Notes under the pieces: model-generated
The model's input: the letters and a program-made list of their open reading frames with translations, nothing else
The model's database searches: none
What the model was told of the DNA's origin: nothing
Part shown: positions 1 to 9,991 of the stretch, piece by piece
How the letters are laid out: every line of letters begins with the position of its first letter
Numbering within the stretch: position 1 is the first letter of the stretch
Program-made: the position numbers and the translations under genes
DNA from: Ignavibacteria bacterium
GTDB taxonomy: Bacteria > Elusimicrobiota > Endomicrobiia > PHAN01
Assembly: GCA_041694835.1 (NCBI GenBank)
Contig: JBGFRZ010000077.1
Coordinates: forward strand, 1-42,636
Direction of reading: 5' to 3'
DNA: 42,636 nt

Positions 1-885
1 TTATATGTAGCAGGTAGAGTCCATGCAGGTAGTTCATTTAGATTAGGCACAACTGCTACCGCAGGACAGGTACTTACGACTAATGCAGATGGTATAGGCA
101 CCTGGCAGGCAGCCGCAGGTGGAATTTCAGGTTCAGGGACAGCAGGAAGAGTGGCAAGGTGGAGTGGTGCAAGCAGTATAGAGAACGCTACTATTGAAGA
201 CACCGCAAGTTTTTCGCGTGTAAACAATCAACTGATAGTTACTGGTTCTGCAACTGTCACAGGTGCAGGCGGATTAGGGACGACTTACGGTATTCGTGCA
301 GGCAGTATCACTGTAGTTACCGGTCCACTTGTGATACCTGCTGGCGCTCTTTCTGATAGTTCTGTAGTCGCAGCAGACCTTGCTGACGGAGCCGTTACTT
401 CAGCAAAAATAGCGGATTTGACAATTGCTACTGCTGATATCGCTGACCGGCAGGTTAGTTCTCGGAAAATGCTTTTAACTTCTACATTTACTTTTGCAAC
501 TGCAGAGGCGGCCAATGCTACTAACACATGGGAGAACTTACCGGGATTATCTGGTAGTTTTACCGTAGATGTTCAACCAGCAACAATTCTTGTTAATGCT
601 TCTGTTTCTGGTGGTAGAACTGACGCAGGTGGTGCAAAAGCACAAATAAGAATTGTTATTGGCGGTGCAGTTGCTGATACAGTAATTGGCTTTGGAGAAG
701 CATCAGTTCCAGTGTCATCCGATGCAAATAGACTCTCTATATCAGCAACAGGTGGGTTCAGGGCAACAGCAACAGGCACATATACGGTCCGAGTTCAATT
801 TAGAAGTGGAGATGATGCTGGTGCATGGGGAACATTCAGGGCCTGGAACCGTGGAATAACTGCTTTCTGGACTGGTGGATTATAA
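1..885 (+). CDS. 3' part of a low-complexity Gly/Ala/Thr-rich tail-fibre/adhesin-like protein (starts before the window)
   Basis: Frame 1 is open from base 1 (LYVAGRVHAG...GQVLTTNADGIGTWQ) to TAA at 883-885. It contains LADGAVTSAKIADLTIATADIAD short repeats typical of fibrous proteins, then a beta-rich C-terminal domain. Confidence 0.55.
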   Translation, partial: LYVAGRVHAGSSFRLGTTATAGQVLTTNADGIGTWQAAAGGISGSGTAGRVARWSGASSIENATIEDTASFSRVNNQLIVTGSATVTGAGGLGTTYGIRAGSITVVTGPLVIPAGALSDSSVVAADLADGAVTSAKIADLTIATADIADRQVSSRKMLLTSTFTFATAEAANATNTWENLPGLSGSFTVDVQPATILVNASVSGGRTDAGGAKAQIRIVIGGAVADTVIGFGEASVPVSSDANRLSISATGGFRATATGTYTVRVQFRSGDDAGAWGTFRAWNRGITAFWTGGL

Positions 886-898
886 AGAGATTACAGAT

Positions 899-937
899 AA
901 TAGCAAATAGAGGTGAGAGGTGAGAGAATAGCGTATA
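899..937 (-). repeat. Short remnant of the modular repeat cassette (minus orientation)
   Basis: aatagcaaatag-aggtgagaggtgagagaatagcgtata matches blocks at about 22651-22676 and 34339-34360. Confidence 0.7.
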
Positions 938-1024
938 TGGGGAAATGGTGGGAAATGGGGACGGTTCCTGTTTTAGTAGGTGGTAGATGATAAATGGAGA
1001 AAGTAACGATTGTGAGGTGCTAAT

Positions 1025-1252
1025 ATGTTAAGAAAATACACAGCGGTTTACGAAAAAAGAGGTAAATGGTTTATTGGCTATGTTAAAGAAATTCCCGGAG
1101 TAAATACGCAGGGAAAGACATTATCTGAAACCAAAAGAAACCTTAAAGAAGCGTTAAATCTGATTTTGGAAGTTAACAAACAATTAGCTCAAAAAGATGC
1201 CAAACCGGAGAAGGTCATTAAAGAACAAATTTTAGCAACCGTATCTACATGA
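1025..1252 (+). CDS. hicB: HicB-family antitoxin (short form)
   Basis: YTAVYEKRGKWFIGYVKEIPGVNTQGKTLSETKRNLKEALNLILE is the HicB RNase-H-like fold signature. GAGGT RBS upstream. Confidence 0.9.
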   Translation: MLRKYTAVYEKRGKWFIGYVKEIPGVNTQGKTLSETKRNLKEALNLILEVNKQLAQKDAKPEKVIKEQILATVST

Positions 1253-1450
1253 AGCGAAAAGAACTCATTAGATATTTGAAAATTCACCGCTGCGTATTCA
1301 TCAGAGAAGGTAAAAGACATACAATTTTTGTAAATTTATTCAATAACAAAACATCATCAATTCCAAGACACACGGAAATAAATTTTCTTAGCAAGAAAAA
1401 TCTGCCGTGATTTAGGAATAGAAGAACTACGATTATTTGCGCTGATGTAA
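1249..1450 (+). pseudogene. hicA: HicA-family mRNA interferase toxin, frameshifted
   Basis: ATG at 1249 overlaps the hicB stop (ATGA). MKRKELIRYLKIHRCVFIREGKRHTIF...IPRHTEIN stops early at 1410, while the expected ending FLARKICRDLGIEE lies in another frame from 1385 to TAA at 1450. Confidence 0.8.
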
Positions 1451-1501
1451 AATCAGCGATTACGGGGTTGAGAAAATTAGCCGGGCAAGGTCGGCAATTA
1501 C
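1440..1501. repeat. Two REP-like hairpins
   Basis: cgctgat-gtaaa-atcagcg-attac and tagccgggcaaggtcggcaattac. Their reverse complements begin GTAAT and resemble hairpins at 11554 and 11143 respectively. Confidence 0.6.
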
Positions 1502-1513
1502 AAAACTCGTTGT

Positions 1514-4500
1514 ATGAAAAAATTTAGAAGATTTTCACTATTCGCTATTTGCTATTTGCTATTTGCTGCCCCTCCACCTTTAAGCGCTTCTTTCATTGTA
1601 ACCAGCGGAACGTTTACAATATTAAACCCCGCTATAGTTGAGGTAACAAACGATGTCATCATAGAATCAAATGGCACACTTAATGCAGGCAGCGGCCTTG
1701 TAAATGTTGGTAGACGTTGGGAAAATACCGGGAACTTTATAGGCGGAACATCTACGGTGACATTCTATACAACCGCTGTAAGCACAATAACCGGCGGGAC
1801 GACTTTTCATAGTTTTCGGTGCGAAACGCCAGGAAAACAACTGAGTTTTCTTGCGACTTCAACTCAAACGGTCACAAACAGATTCATATTGACAGGTGCT
1901 CTTGATAATCGGCTCCGACTTCGCTCTACGACGGACGGCACGAGATGGTTCGTTGCGTTTTCTACGACCCAGACGGTAAATTATGTCGATGTGAAAGACG
2001 CATCGGCCCTTGACTTCACCATTACCTGCTTTGGTTCATTAAATTCAGGAAACAACAACGAAAACTGGATTTTCGGTCAGAGCTCTCCTGCAGTTACAAA
2101 TCTTGTTCAGCAAACTTCGGCGGGAACAAATATCCCTTCCGGCGGATGGACAAATAATCCGAACATCATTTCTTCCTTCACACTCACTGATGCAGACAAC
2201 GACAATATAAGATATCATCTTCAAGTAACGACCGTCGCCACCGACGGTTCGGCCGACTGGTCTACAATATGGCATTCAACAATATCCGCCTTTCTTACAC
2301 CGCGCACAACTTCTTACCAATGGCCGACACTTGTGGCAAACACTACATACTGGTGGCGCGTCTGGGCGACGGATACAGTGGGACTGGTTTCAAGCACGGT
2401 CACATATCTTTCCGGCAATCCCGCACTTCCTGCATGTTTAGGGTTTGACAACAGACCGCCGTCGGCAATATCTAACTTAACCGCTCTTACAGGAACACTT
2501 GACGGCGATGTGGTTTTGCGGTGGAGCGCACCTTCAGACGATGGGGCAGCAGAGCCGCTGACAAATGCAACTTATCAAATCAAAGCAGCGACTTTCAATA
2601 TCACATCGGCACTCTATGACTCTGTCACAAACAATCCGCCTTGGACGCACATCGTAGCGATTTCAACTACCGGTGTTACCCCGGGAAGTTTTCAGTCAAC
2701 AGTTATTCGTGGCATTTTATATCCCGGCACTACATGGTTTTTTGCTATTAAAACGATAGATAAGGGAGAAAATGTTTCTACATGGTCGACAGATGGAGTA
2801 AACACCGTAAATTCTGCACCTGCCCAGGATTTACCGCCAAATGCGCCCCCGGGAATAACTGCAACTCCGTCAGGGTCAACAACTATTGATGTTTCCTGGG
2901 ACCTGCCCTCTTTTAGCGGCACTGACGACAGAGACAGATACTGGCTTTACAGCGCGACATTTTCTTTTACTTCGGAGACGACAGCAAATGTCGTTCATAT
3001 AGCGACCAGATCTCATCCATCTGCTTCTTTCACCCACACAGGATTAAGCGGCGGCACCACATATTTTTACCGTGTCAAAACATTAGACCAGGGCAACATA
3101 GGGAACGGTCTCTTTAGCGCCGTTCTTTTTTCGGGTTTGTCAGTTATAACGAGTACAAGACCTGCCGCGGCCGCCCAGTTAAAAGTAACGGTTGTATATG
3201 ACGACCGCTCTGAGTTTAATCAAAACAACTATGGTGTCGTTGACGGAATTGAAGACGCCGACGGAACGGTTGCTTTTTCCTGGCCCAAGGTCGTTGGCGG
3301 CGGAACAATCCAGAATTATTTTATAGAGATTTCATCAGACATAAATTTCAGTTTCTTTAGTTCGTCGGCGACACTTCCTGCAACGGTAAGCACACATACG
3401 GTTGGTGGGCTCTTAAGAGGGGTAAGACACTATGCGCGGGTAAGAGCAAGAAATACCGATGGAGACACGAGCCCATGGACGGCTTCCGACGGAATATATG
3501 TCAACCGAAAAACCATTGATTCTTCTCTGTCCGACTGGACGGGCACCTTTCCCGGAACTATAAATACGCTAACGGTCTCAGGCGGTGATGCCCTCTGGCG
3601 CGACGCAATAGGCGACCAGCGCACAGACAGGCACACTTCAAGCCAACTGGATATTTCTTCTGTTGCAGTTGCAGCCGATGAATATAATTTTTATCTTTTT
3701 GTGGCGTTTGCGTCAACCGTCTCCGCCGGATTTGATGGAAGAAATTTTATTCAAATAATGGTTGACAACGCTCAGACATCTACGGAACGGGTATTTCGCG
3801 GCCTTGGCAATAAATATGAAGATTCTTATGTCGCAAGCCCGGTTCCCTGGGAGTGGCTTTGTGAGATTGTTTCGGGCAATGATGTCTTTAGAGTTGAAGA
3901 TAGTGTGTTTTCAAACAGAAGATTTGGCAAATATTCTGAGCATAACACAAATTATTTCTACGAAGTTGCAATGCCTTTGAGTAATTTGGGTGGCAGAGAA
4001 AGATTTCTCGGAAGGACAGTCAATTTTACAATCGCAACTTTCTGGAACGCCGGTGGCGCCGACGGCTCTATCGGCGACTGGTCAGCAGGGACTAATTCAA
4101 ATATCGTAGATGTGGTTACATCGTCAGGACCAAACACCTGGAACGAGGTTCAAGATAGAATCGTTGACGACTATTTGGCGGTCACTTTTTCCACTCGTGG
4201 AATTGTTACTTCTGCCAGCAGAATAACCGCACCGCCATCAAGTATCCCCGACGAGCCGGAGCCACCGGTAGACGGTATTCCCCCGGCTATACCCTGGGCG
4301 CTGGATTTGTTCCTCTACAACATATTTATTGATGCCTGGCATAACGGCGACCCGACCAACGACGACATCGCAGATACAAACGATTATGGCGGCGATTTCC
4401 AGGGTGTGATTGATAAAGTTGATTACCTGAATGAAATTGGAATAAACATGGCTTACTTCGGGCCGCCTTATCAATTCGGCGGGGGCATCTGGGGATTTAA

Positions 4501-7500
4501 CATAGATGACCCCTATCAGTATAATAGAAAATTCGGCGGAACTTCAAAGTATATTGAAATGATGAAAGTGCTCCGAAACCACAACATAAGAGTAATGAAC
4601 GACTGGGTTTGCGGTCAGGTTGGACACAGCGGCTCGCCCGCCGCTCTGAAAAATCCTGATTTCTTTACGTCCGAACAATTTGGTCATGGAACAAGACAGG
4701 AGTTTGCAGAGGCGCGTGCATATTACTTAAATAATATGATCTGGGCGTTTTCAACCTGCGATGCTTTTAGATACGATAATCCAAAATTCTGGAATTATTC
4801 TTTTGGACCAGAGGCATTTGAGTTCAATCGTGCATTGCGTAAAATATCTGACAGATGGGACCCGCAACTTTTTATTATGGGTGAAATTCCTGAGCAGGTT
4901 GAGGGTTGGGATGGGATAAATGCTTTTACAGGCGGCAAGGGCGATAGCACACACGTTGATGGTGTCGGTGGTTTTGGTGCTATGATGCACGGTGGACAAT
5001 GTATGCGTTCAGGCGGTTATAAAAATAACAGGAACGCTCATATCTGCTCATGGGTCAGGCCCGGCATTGACGCACAAACAACACCCACCGCCCGAACTGG
5101 AATTCAAAATCAACATGTTGCATGGAAAAACCAATGGTCTATTAATCCGATAATGATGGAAAATCACGACGAGCATAGGTTTATAAGCCGGGGCAGAGAT
5201 CAGGTTGCGAACGCCCCATGGCATCAGCAGGTCGGATATATGACCGCTTTTACCGTCGGTGTTTCGCCCATACTTTTTTATGGCGGCGAAGTTGGTCTTG
5301 AGGGTCCTTACGATGGAGGTAATTCCGCCAAGATGGACAGAGGCGGGAATGTCAGACCTATGCCGTTTGAAAGAGTCAATGACCCCACATGGAGTCTCGT
5401 CAGAAACGCTTTAAGAAGGACCGCTCAGGCAAGGATGAATTTTCAGGTATTGAGAGGCAACCCAAAAGCTGGCGGGCGGAGTTGGTATACGGGGGGGCAG
5501 TATGACAATGATGTTTTGGTTTTTGTCAGGCAGTGGGGTGATGGCAATGCCCCCCTGGAGAGGGCCATCGTAATGCTCAACCGCTCAGCAAGTAATGTGA
5601 CTTTAAGCAGTGTCGGGACTGGTAGAGCAAATACAAAATATAAGGATTGGCTTACTGACGAAGTTTTTACAACTGACGCTTCAGGCAATATCGGTTCCAT
5701 TATTGTCAACGCTCATTACGGCAGAATTCTTATTCAAGGCACAGTCGGCAATGCTGCCGCTCCCGACCCTTATGATTGGGGAGACGTTACTGGTACAGTC
5801 ACAAACTCAGCAGGCGCACCAATAGCAAACGCTATTGTAGATATAGACGGCAGGTCGCATTGGACCACAAAAACAGATTCAAATGGTTTCTATTCTATCA
5901 ATGGCGATTTGAAAAAAGTTCTGACAGGTAGTCGTAGAATCCGGGCATGGGCGCCTGGACGCGATATAGTTACTCGCTCGGTAACTATCACTACCGGCAA
6001 TAACAATGTAAGTTTCAGCGCTGCAAGCGGTTTTCCTCTTGCGACGGACAATACCCCGCCCGCTGCACCGACGACTTTGAGCGCCCGTCCACGCAACAAA
6101 GCCGCTATGCTCTTCTGGCAGGCGAACACAGAAAGTGACATTCAGACATATCTGATTTATCGTTCTTCAAACGGACCAATTCCTGACGGTTCAAATCCTG
6201 TGCCGATTTTTGAGGTGTTTAAACCATTTTATTATGACAACAATCTGGACGGAAAATTAGATGGCAATAATAATGTATATGACCGACTGCAGAACGGCAC
6301 CACATTCTGGTACCGCATTCGTGCGGTTGACAGAAACGGCAACAGGTCGGCGCTTTCAAACCAAATCGTAGTTGTTCCAAGAAAAGTAAAGGTAAAATTC
6401 TGGCTGGATACTCGCGGCAGCGGACTTACGGTAAATTCCGCGTCAATAGCAGGAGGGGCTTTGACTTTTAGTAAAAATTACTGGGAACAAGTAGCACTAA
6501 ATTCTAATGGCGACGGGACATTTGAAAGGACTTTTGAGTTTGATGATACAACTTTTCTTGAATATAAATATGTAATAAATGGAACAACATGGGAAGGAAG
6601 TTCGGGAAATCTTTTTCTGGATGGACCACAAGGAGAGGGAAACCGCGGGGAACTGATGGATGACGGCATTCCCGATGTTGAAATAGTTGATGAAGGCGGT
6701 GGTAATATGATTATAGCCGATGTATGGCGGTATTACAACGACCGTCCGCCAAGGGCGCCGGCGGGACTTCAAATTTCAGCAGGACCTAATGTGCTCACCG
6801 TTGGATGGGCTAAAAATGCCGAGCCGGATTTGTTGCATTATACTATTGAACGTTCAACATGGAGTTCGGGTTTTTCAGGCAGCACAATTTTTGTTAATAT
6901 AGACAAGAACCAAATCAGTTATGACGACACAAATCTTATCAACAACAACACTTACTATTACAGAGTTTGGGCTATTGACAGAAGAAATAATATAAGCGGT
7001 TGGTCGTCAACGGTCTCCGCATTTCCAAGGGCCGTTGACACAACCCCGCCAGTGGCCCCAAGCGGGTTGTTCGCCTATGGTGATGGAGCAAACGGATTAA
7101 GCGGGGTTGTAGTTAGATGGAATCGAAACTTTGAAGGCGACCTCGCCGGATACAACATCCATCGCTCAACGGAGAGCGATTTTACTCCTGCCTCCGGCAA
7201 CAAACTAAACTCTGTCTTGCTCTCGCCCACTACACCTTCATATACTGATGCTAATATCGTCACAGGAACACGGTATTTTTACAGGGTCACTGCTGTTGAC
7301 GACTCTACCAATGTATCAGAGCCATCTTTGCAACTTGCGGTCAGGTTACTACCTATAACATTTCATGTAGACATGGGAAATATCAATCCTAACAATAACA
7401 GCGTTCAAATTACCGGAAACACACTGCCCCTGCTCGGTTGGACGAGCGGACTTGAAATGTCACTTCTTTCAGGGACTACTTTCCACATTACAATCGGATT

Positions 7501-9736
7501 ATTAGCAGGGACGACAATTCAATACAGATATGCATATAACAATTTAAGTGTTCGTGAGCAGGACTTCGCCACGATAACTAAAAATCGCGAGTGGACTGTT
7601 CCCTCGTCAACTACTACGAAATATGACGATTGGGAAGAAAATCCTGAGATGGTAGCCGGACTCAGAGTTTATCCGGGAGTAAACCGCGCCTATCTAACCT
7701 GGAATAAAAATACAACGGCGGAGGACCTTGCGGGATATAATATCTATCGTTCTGTTCCGCCGTCAACAACACCTACACTGAAAGTTAATTCTGTTCCTAC
7801 AAGCACTCAGCCATATAATGTAGGGGGGCTTGTCCCAAATGTCACATATTATTTTTCCGTCAGAGCGGTTGATTCGGGGAGCATCGTCCTTGAAAGCACC
7901 GCAGCGGCAATAGTTTCCATATGGGTAAGTTCTCCCGTCTGGGTTCATTTTGGTTCGCCATTTTCTGTGGGTCAGGCGAGCGCTCCATGGGGAGATTCAA
8001 ACAGAATCAGACTCTTTCTTGCGATTCAAACTTCAACCAATGTTGCCGTTTGGAGTCTACCAGAACGTGCAGATGTTACAAGCGGCAAAATGGAGATGAC
8101 AGCATCCTCGGCAAATAACACATATAGCGCTATAGTGCCTCTTATGCGTGGTCAGTACTACAATTTTCTTTTCTTCGCCGAGACAACCGGCTCACCACCT
8201 GCGGGACTTGCCCCAAACACAGAGTATTTTGACACCGTCCCCGGCACAGGGACATTTCTTGTCTCCGGTTCTTCAATATCTATTACATCGCCTGGTGCAG
8301 GTGTGGAAGGAGTTTTTAATCCTGTGGGACCAAACCGCGACTCAAGACGACTTTTATTTTTGCCGCACTCACTTACTGCTGGTTCAACTATTTATGTCTT
8401 TGCTAACTTTGGGTCAACTCCAACGGCCCCAACTCTTATTGATGCGATACCGGGAAACAATAGAATCACCCTTCGCTGGTCGGCTCCTTATGGTTCGCCG
8501 TGGGTCAACCCGTCTCCCGAACTAACAGCTAATACTCCGGTTGGCACAGGCGAAGCAATGAAGGCAGCAGATGTTGTCGCAGGAGGTGTTTATCAAATTT
8601 TCGTCACCACATATAACCATGGAAGTTTCGCTTCGTACATTGCAAGTGCCACTGTTTCAGGTCAAACATTTGAGCATACATTTTCGGGACTAACAAACGG
8701 CGTCACATATTATTATCTCATGCGTTCTTCTGACACATTCAGGGGTCTGGTCGGGAACAACTTTAGTGTTCTTTCGGCGACAGTTAGTGCGGCACCAACG
8801 GCAGCATATATTGTGACAAAATTCAGAGTCAACCGTGGCGCTGGATCTTTGTGGAAGTCGGTCCGAAAAACCATCGCTGTTCAGGAAGGGGTTTCAGTAG
8901 CGGTATGGGATGCCGATGACAGGTCAAATATGACGCCGACGGGACGGGCGGTAAATATGCTCGCTCCGCCGGACGATGATGCGACCGAGCAGGAGTTTTC
9001 GGTTAGTTTAGTTCCTGGAACAACTTACAATTTTATACTTTTTGCTTATTCAACATTTACAATTTCAGGGTTGATAACTAATGCAACCTATTTTGACACA
9101 GTGCCAAATAGTGGCTCGGGCGGTATGGTGACATCTACTTCCACTATTTCAATTACCGGTCACGGCAGGGCGTGGTGCGGCCCCGTCGGTTCGGGGCAAG
9201 ATGCAAGACGACTACTATGGGTCCCAACAAATTTACCGTCAGGCGCCACACTTTATGTGTATTGCAACTTCGCCTCAAGTCCGAGTGCGTCGTCTGTTTC
9301 GGCAATCCCTGTAAGTTCTTTCTCGGTTCAACTCGACTGGACGCCTTTTGGAGCATGGGGAACAGGAGGCGAGGCGCTCAAAGCTGCCGATGTTATAGCG
9401 GGGGGACATTATTATGTTTGGCGTTCAAGCGTGAGTTCATCAGGGCCATGGGTTCTGTGGGTCTCTACAAACATCCGCAGTTGGCTTGATGACGATAGAA
9501 ACGCACCGGGCGATAATTTAGGTATGGTGACGGGAGTAGAATACTATTATGTCGTAGTGTCGTCGGATGCTTATACCGGTGATTTTATTCCGAATATGTA
9601 TCGTATGGGCGCCCCTGAATTTTCTTCAGCCGACGCATCTGCTATACCAAGACACGAGGTACCGACTTATTTTAGAGTGGATGAAAAGAGAAAAACTATA
9701 TTTGAGCTCGTTTGGAAGCGATTTTTTGGATTGTAG
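1514..9736 (+). CDS. Giant secreted multidomain alpha-glucan-active protein: beta-rich N-terminus, FN3 domains, DOMON/CBM9-like domain, divergent GH13 catalytic domain, carboxypeptidase-regulatory-like domain, two CBM20-like domains, two copies of an unknown module
   Basis: Signal peptide MKKFRRFSLFAICYLLFA. GH13 motifs GGDFQGVIDKVDYL, DAFRYD, IMGE, ENHD, PILFYGGEVG (about 4300-5740). Many W...Y...YYYRV.A.D FN3 motifs. CBM20-like VKFWLD...EYKYVING and ITFHVDM...QYRY. Confidence 0.85.
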   Translation: MKKFRRFSLFAICYLLFAAPPPLSASFIVTSGTFTILNPAIVEVTNDVIIESNGTLNAGSGLVNVGRRWENTGNFIGGTSTVTFYTTAVSTITGGTTFHSFRCETPGKQLSFLATSTQTVTNRFILTGALDNRLRLRSTTDGTRWFVAFSTTQTVNYVDVKDASALDFTITCFGSLNSGNNNENWIFGQSSPAVTNLVQQTSAGTNIPSGGWTNNPNIISSFTLTDADNDNIRYHLQVTTVATDGSADWSTIWHSTISAFLTPRTTSYQWPTLVANTTYWWRVWATDTVGLVSSTVTYLSGNPALPACLGFDNRPPSAISNLTALTGTLDGDVVLRWSAPSDDGAAEPLTNATYQIKAATFNITSALYDSVTNNPPWTHIVAISTTGVTPGSFQSTVIRGILYPGTTWFFAIKTIDKGENVSTWSTDGVNTVNSAPAQDLPPNAPPGITATPSGSTTIDVSWDLPSFSGTDDRDRYWLYSATFSFTSETTANVVHIATRSHPSASFTHTGLSGGTTYFYRVKTLDQGNIGNGLFSAVLFSGLSVITSTRPAAAAQLKVTVVYDDRSEFNQNNYGVVDGIEDADGTVAFSWPKVVGGGTIQNYFIEISSDINFSFFSSSATLPATVSTHTVGGLLRGVRHYARVRARNTDGDTSPWTASDGIYVNRKTIDSSLSDWTGTFPGTINTLTVSGGDALWRDAIGDQRTDRHTSSQLDISSVAVAADEYNFYLFVAFASTVSAGFDGRNFIQIMVDNAQTSTERVFRGLGNKYEDSYVASPVPWEWLCEIVSGNDVFRVEDSVFSNRRFGKYSEHNTNYFYEVAMPLSNLGGRERFLGRTVNFTIATFWNAGGADGSIGDWSAGTNSNIVDVVTSSGPNTWNEVQDRIVDDYLAVTFSTRGIVTSASRITAPPSSIPDEPEPPVDGIPPAIPWALDLFLYNIFIDAWHNGDPTNDDIADTNDYGGDFQGVIDKVDYLNEIGINMAYFGPPYQFGGGIWGFNIDDPYQYNRKFGGTSKYIEMMKVLRNHNIRVMNDWVCGQVGHSGSPAALKNPDFFTSEQFGHGTRQEFAEARAYYLNNMIWAFSTCDAFRYDNPKFWNYSFGPEAFEFNRALRKISDRWDPQLFIMGEIPEQVEGWDGINAFTGGKGDSTHVDGVGGFGAMMHGGQCMRSGGYKNNRNAHICSWVRPGIDAQTTPTARTGIQNQHVAWKNQWSINPIMMENHDEHRFISRGRDQVANAPWHQQVGYMTAFTVGVSPILFYGGEVGLEGPYDGGNSAKMDRGGNVRPMPFERVNDPTWSLVRNALRRTAQARMNFQVLRGNPKAGGRSWYTGGQYDNDVLVFVRQWGDGNAPLERAIVMLNRSASNVTLSSVGTGRANTKYKDWLTDEVFTTDASGNIGSIIVNAHYGRILIQGTVGNAAAPDPYDWGDVTGTVTNSAGAPIANAIVDIDGRSHWTTKTDSNGFYSINGDLKKVLTGSRRIRAWAPGRDIVTRSVTITTGNNNVSFSAASGFPLATDNTPPAAPTTLSARPRNKAAMLFWQANTESDIQTYLIYRSSNGPIPDGSNPVPIFEVFKPFYYDNNLDGKLDGNNNVYDRLQNGTTFWYRIRAVDRNGNRSALSNQIVVVPRKVKVKFWLDTRGSGLTVNSASIAGGALTFSKNYWEQVALNSNGDGTFERTFEFDDTTFLEYKYVINGTTWEGSSGNLFLDGPQGEGNRGELMDDGIPDVEIVDEGGGNMIIADVWRYYNDRPPRAPAGLQISAGPNVLTVGWAKNAEPDLLHYTIERSTWSSGFSGSTIFVNIDKNQISYDDTNLINNNTYYYRVWAIDRRNNISGWSSTVSAFPRAVDTTPPVAPSGLFAYGDGANGLSGVVVRWNRNFEGDLAGYNIHRSTESDFTPASGNKLNSVLLSPTTPSYTDANIVTGTRYFYRVTAVDDSTNVSEPSLQLAVRLLPITFHVDMGNINPNNNSVQITGNTLPLLGWTSGLEMSLLSGTTFHITIGLLAGTTIQYRYAYNNLSVREQDFATITKNREWTVPSSTTTKYDDWEENPEMVAGLRVYPGVNRAYLTWNKNTTAEDLAGYNIYRSVPPSTTPTLKVNSVPTSTQPYNVGGLVPNVTYYFSVRAVDSGSIVLESTAAAIVSIWVSSPVWVHFGSPFSVGQASAPWGDSNRIRLFLAIQTSTNVAVWSLPERADVTSGKMEMTASSANNTYSAIVPLMRGQYYNFLFFAETTGSPPAGLAPNTEYFDTVPGTGTFLVSGSSISITSPGAGVEGVFNPVGPNRDSRRLLFLPHSLTAGSTIYVFANFGSTPTAPTLIDAIPGNNRITLRWSAPYGSPWVNPSPELTANTPVGTGEAMKAADVVAGGVYQIFVTTYNHGSFASYIASATVSGQTFEHTFSGLTNGVTYYYLMRSSDTFRGLVGNNFSVLSATVSAAPTAAYIVTKFRVNRGAGSLWKSVRKTIAVQEGVSVAVWDADDRSNMTPTGRAVNMLAPPDDDATEQEFSVSLVPGTTYNFILFAYSTFTISGLITNATYFDTVPNSGSGGMVTSTSTISITGHGRAWCGPVGSGQDARRLLWVPTNLPSGATLYVYCNFASSPSASSVSAIPVSSFSVQLDWTPFGAWGTGGEALKAADVIAGGHYYVWRSSVSSSGPWVLWVSTNIRSWLDDDRNAPGDNLGMVTGVEYYYVVVSSDAYTGDFIPNMYRMGAPEFSSADASAIPRHEVPTYFRVDEKRKTIFELVWKRFFGL

Positions 9737-9867
9737 CGGCGGCTTTGAAAGGAAAATTGCCATTTGAATTTTTATTTTTATATTCCAATCTCTCGGATAT
9801 AAGACGCGGCCCGCGGCAAAGGGCAGGAGGTGAGAAAAGTTATGAATAGAAAAGTAGAGAAAGAAGT

Positions 9868-9972
9868 AAGAGCACAAGAGCATAAGAACACAAGTGCACA
9901 AGAACACAAGGCGCAAGAGCACAAGGACAGAGGTTTTGACTTGCGCACTTACACCTTAAGCACTTGTGCACT
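9868..9972. repeat. GCACAAGW-type 8-mer tract followed by inverted copies
   Basis: gagcacaagagcataagaacacaagtgcacaag... followed by cttgcgcacttacacctt and gcacttgtgcact. Confidence 0.75.
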
Positions 9973-9991
9973 AATAAAAGGAGGTAATGTT

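Noticed and set aside
9830-9991. N-terminal extension of the 421-aa ORF as another translated leader
   Set aside because: A strong AGGAGG RBS and a complete signal peptide follow at ATG 9992. The extension cannot be excluded, since it also has an upstream AGGAG, but it is not needed.
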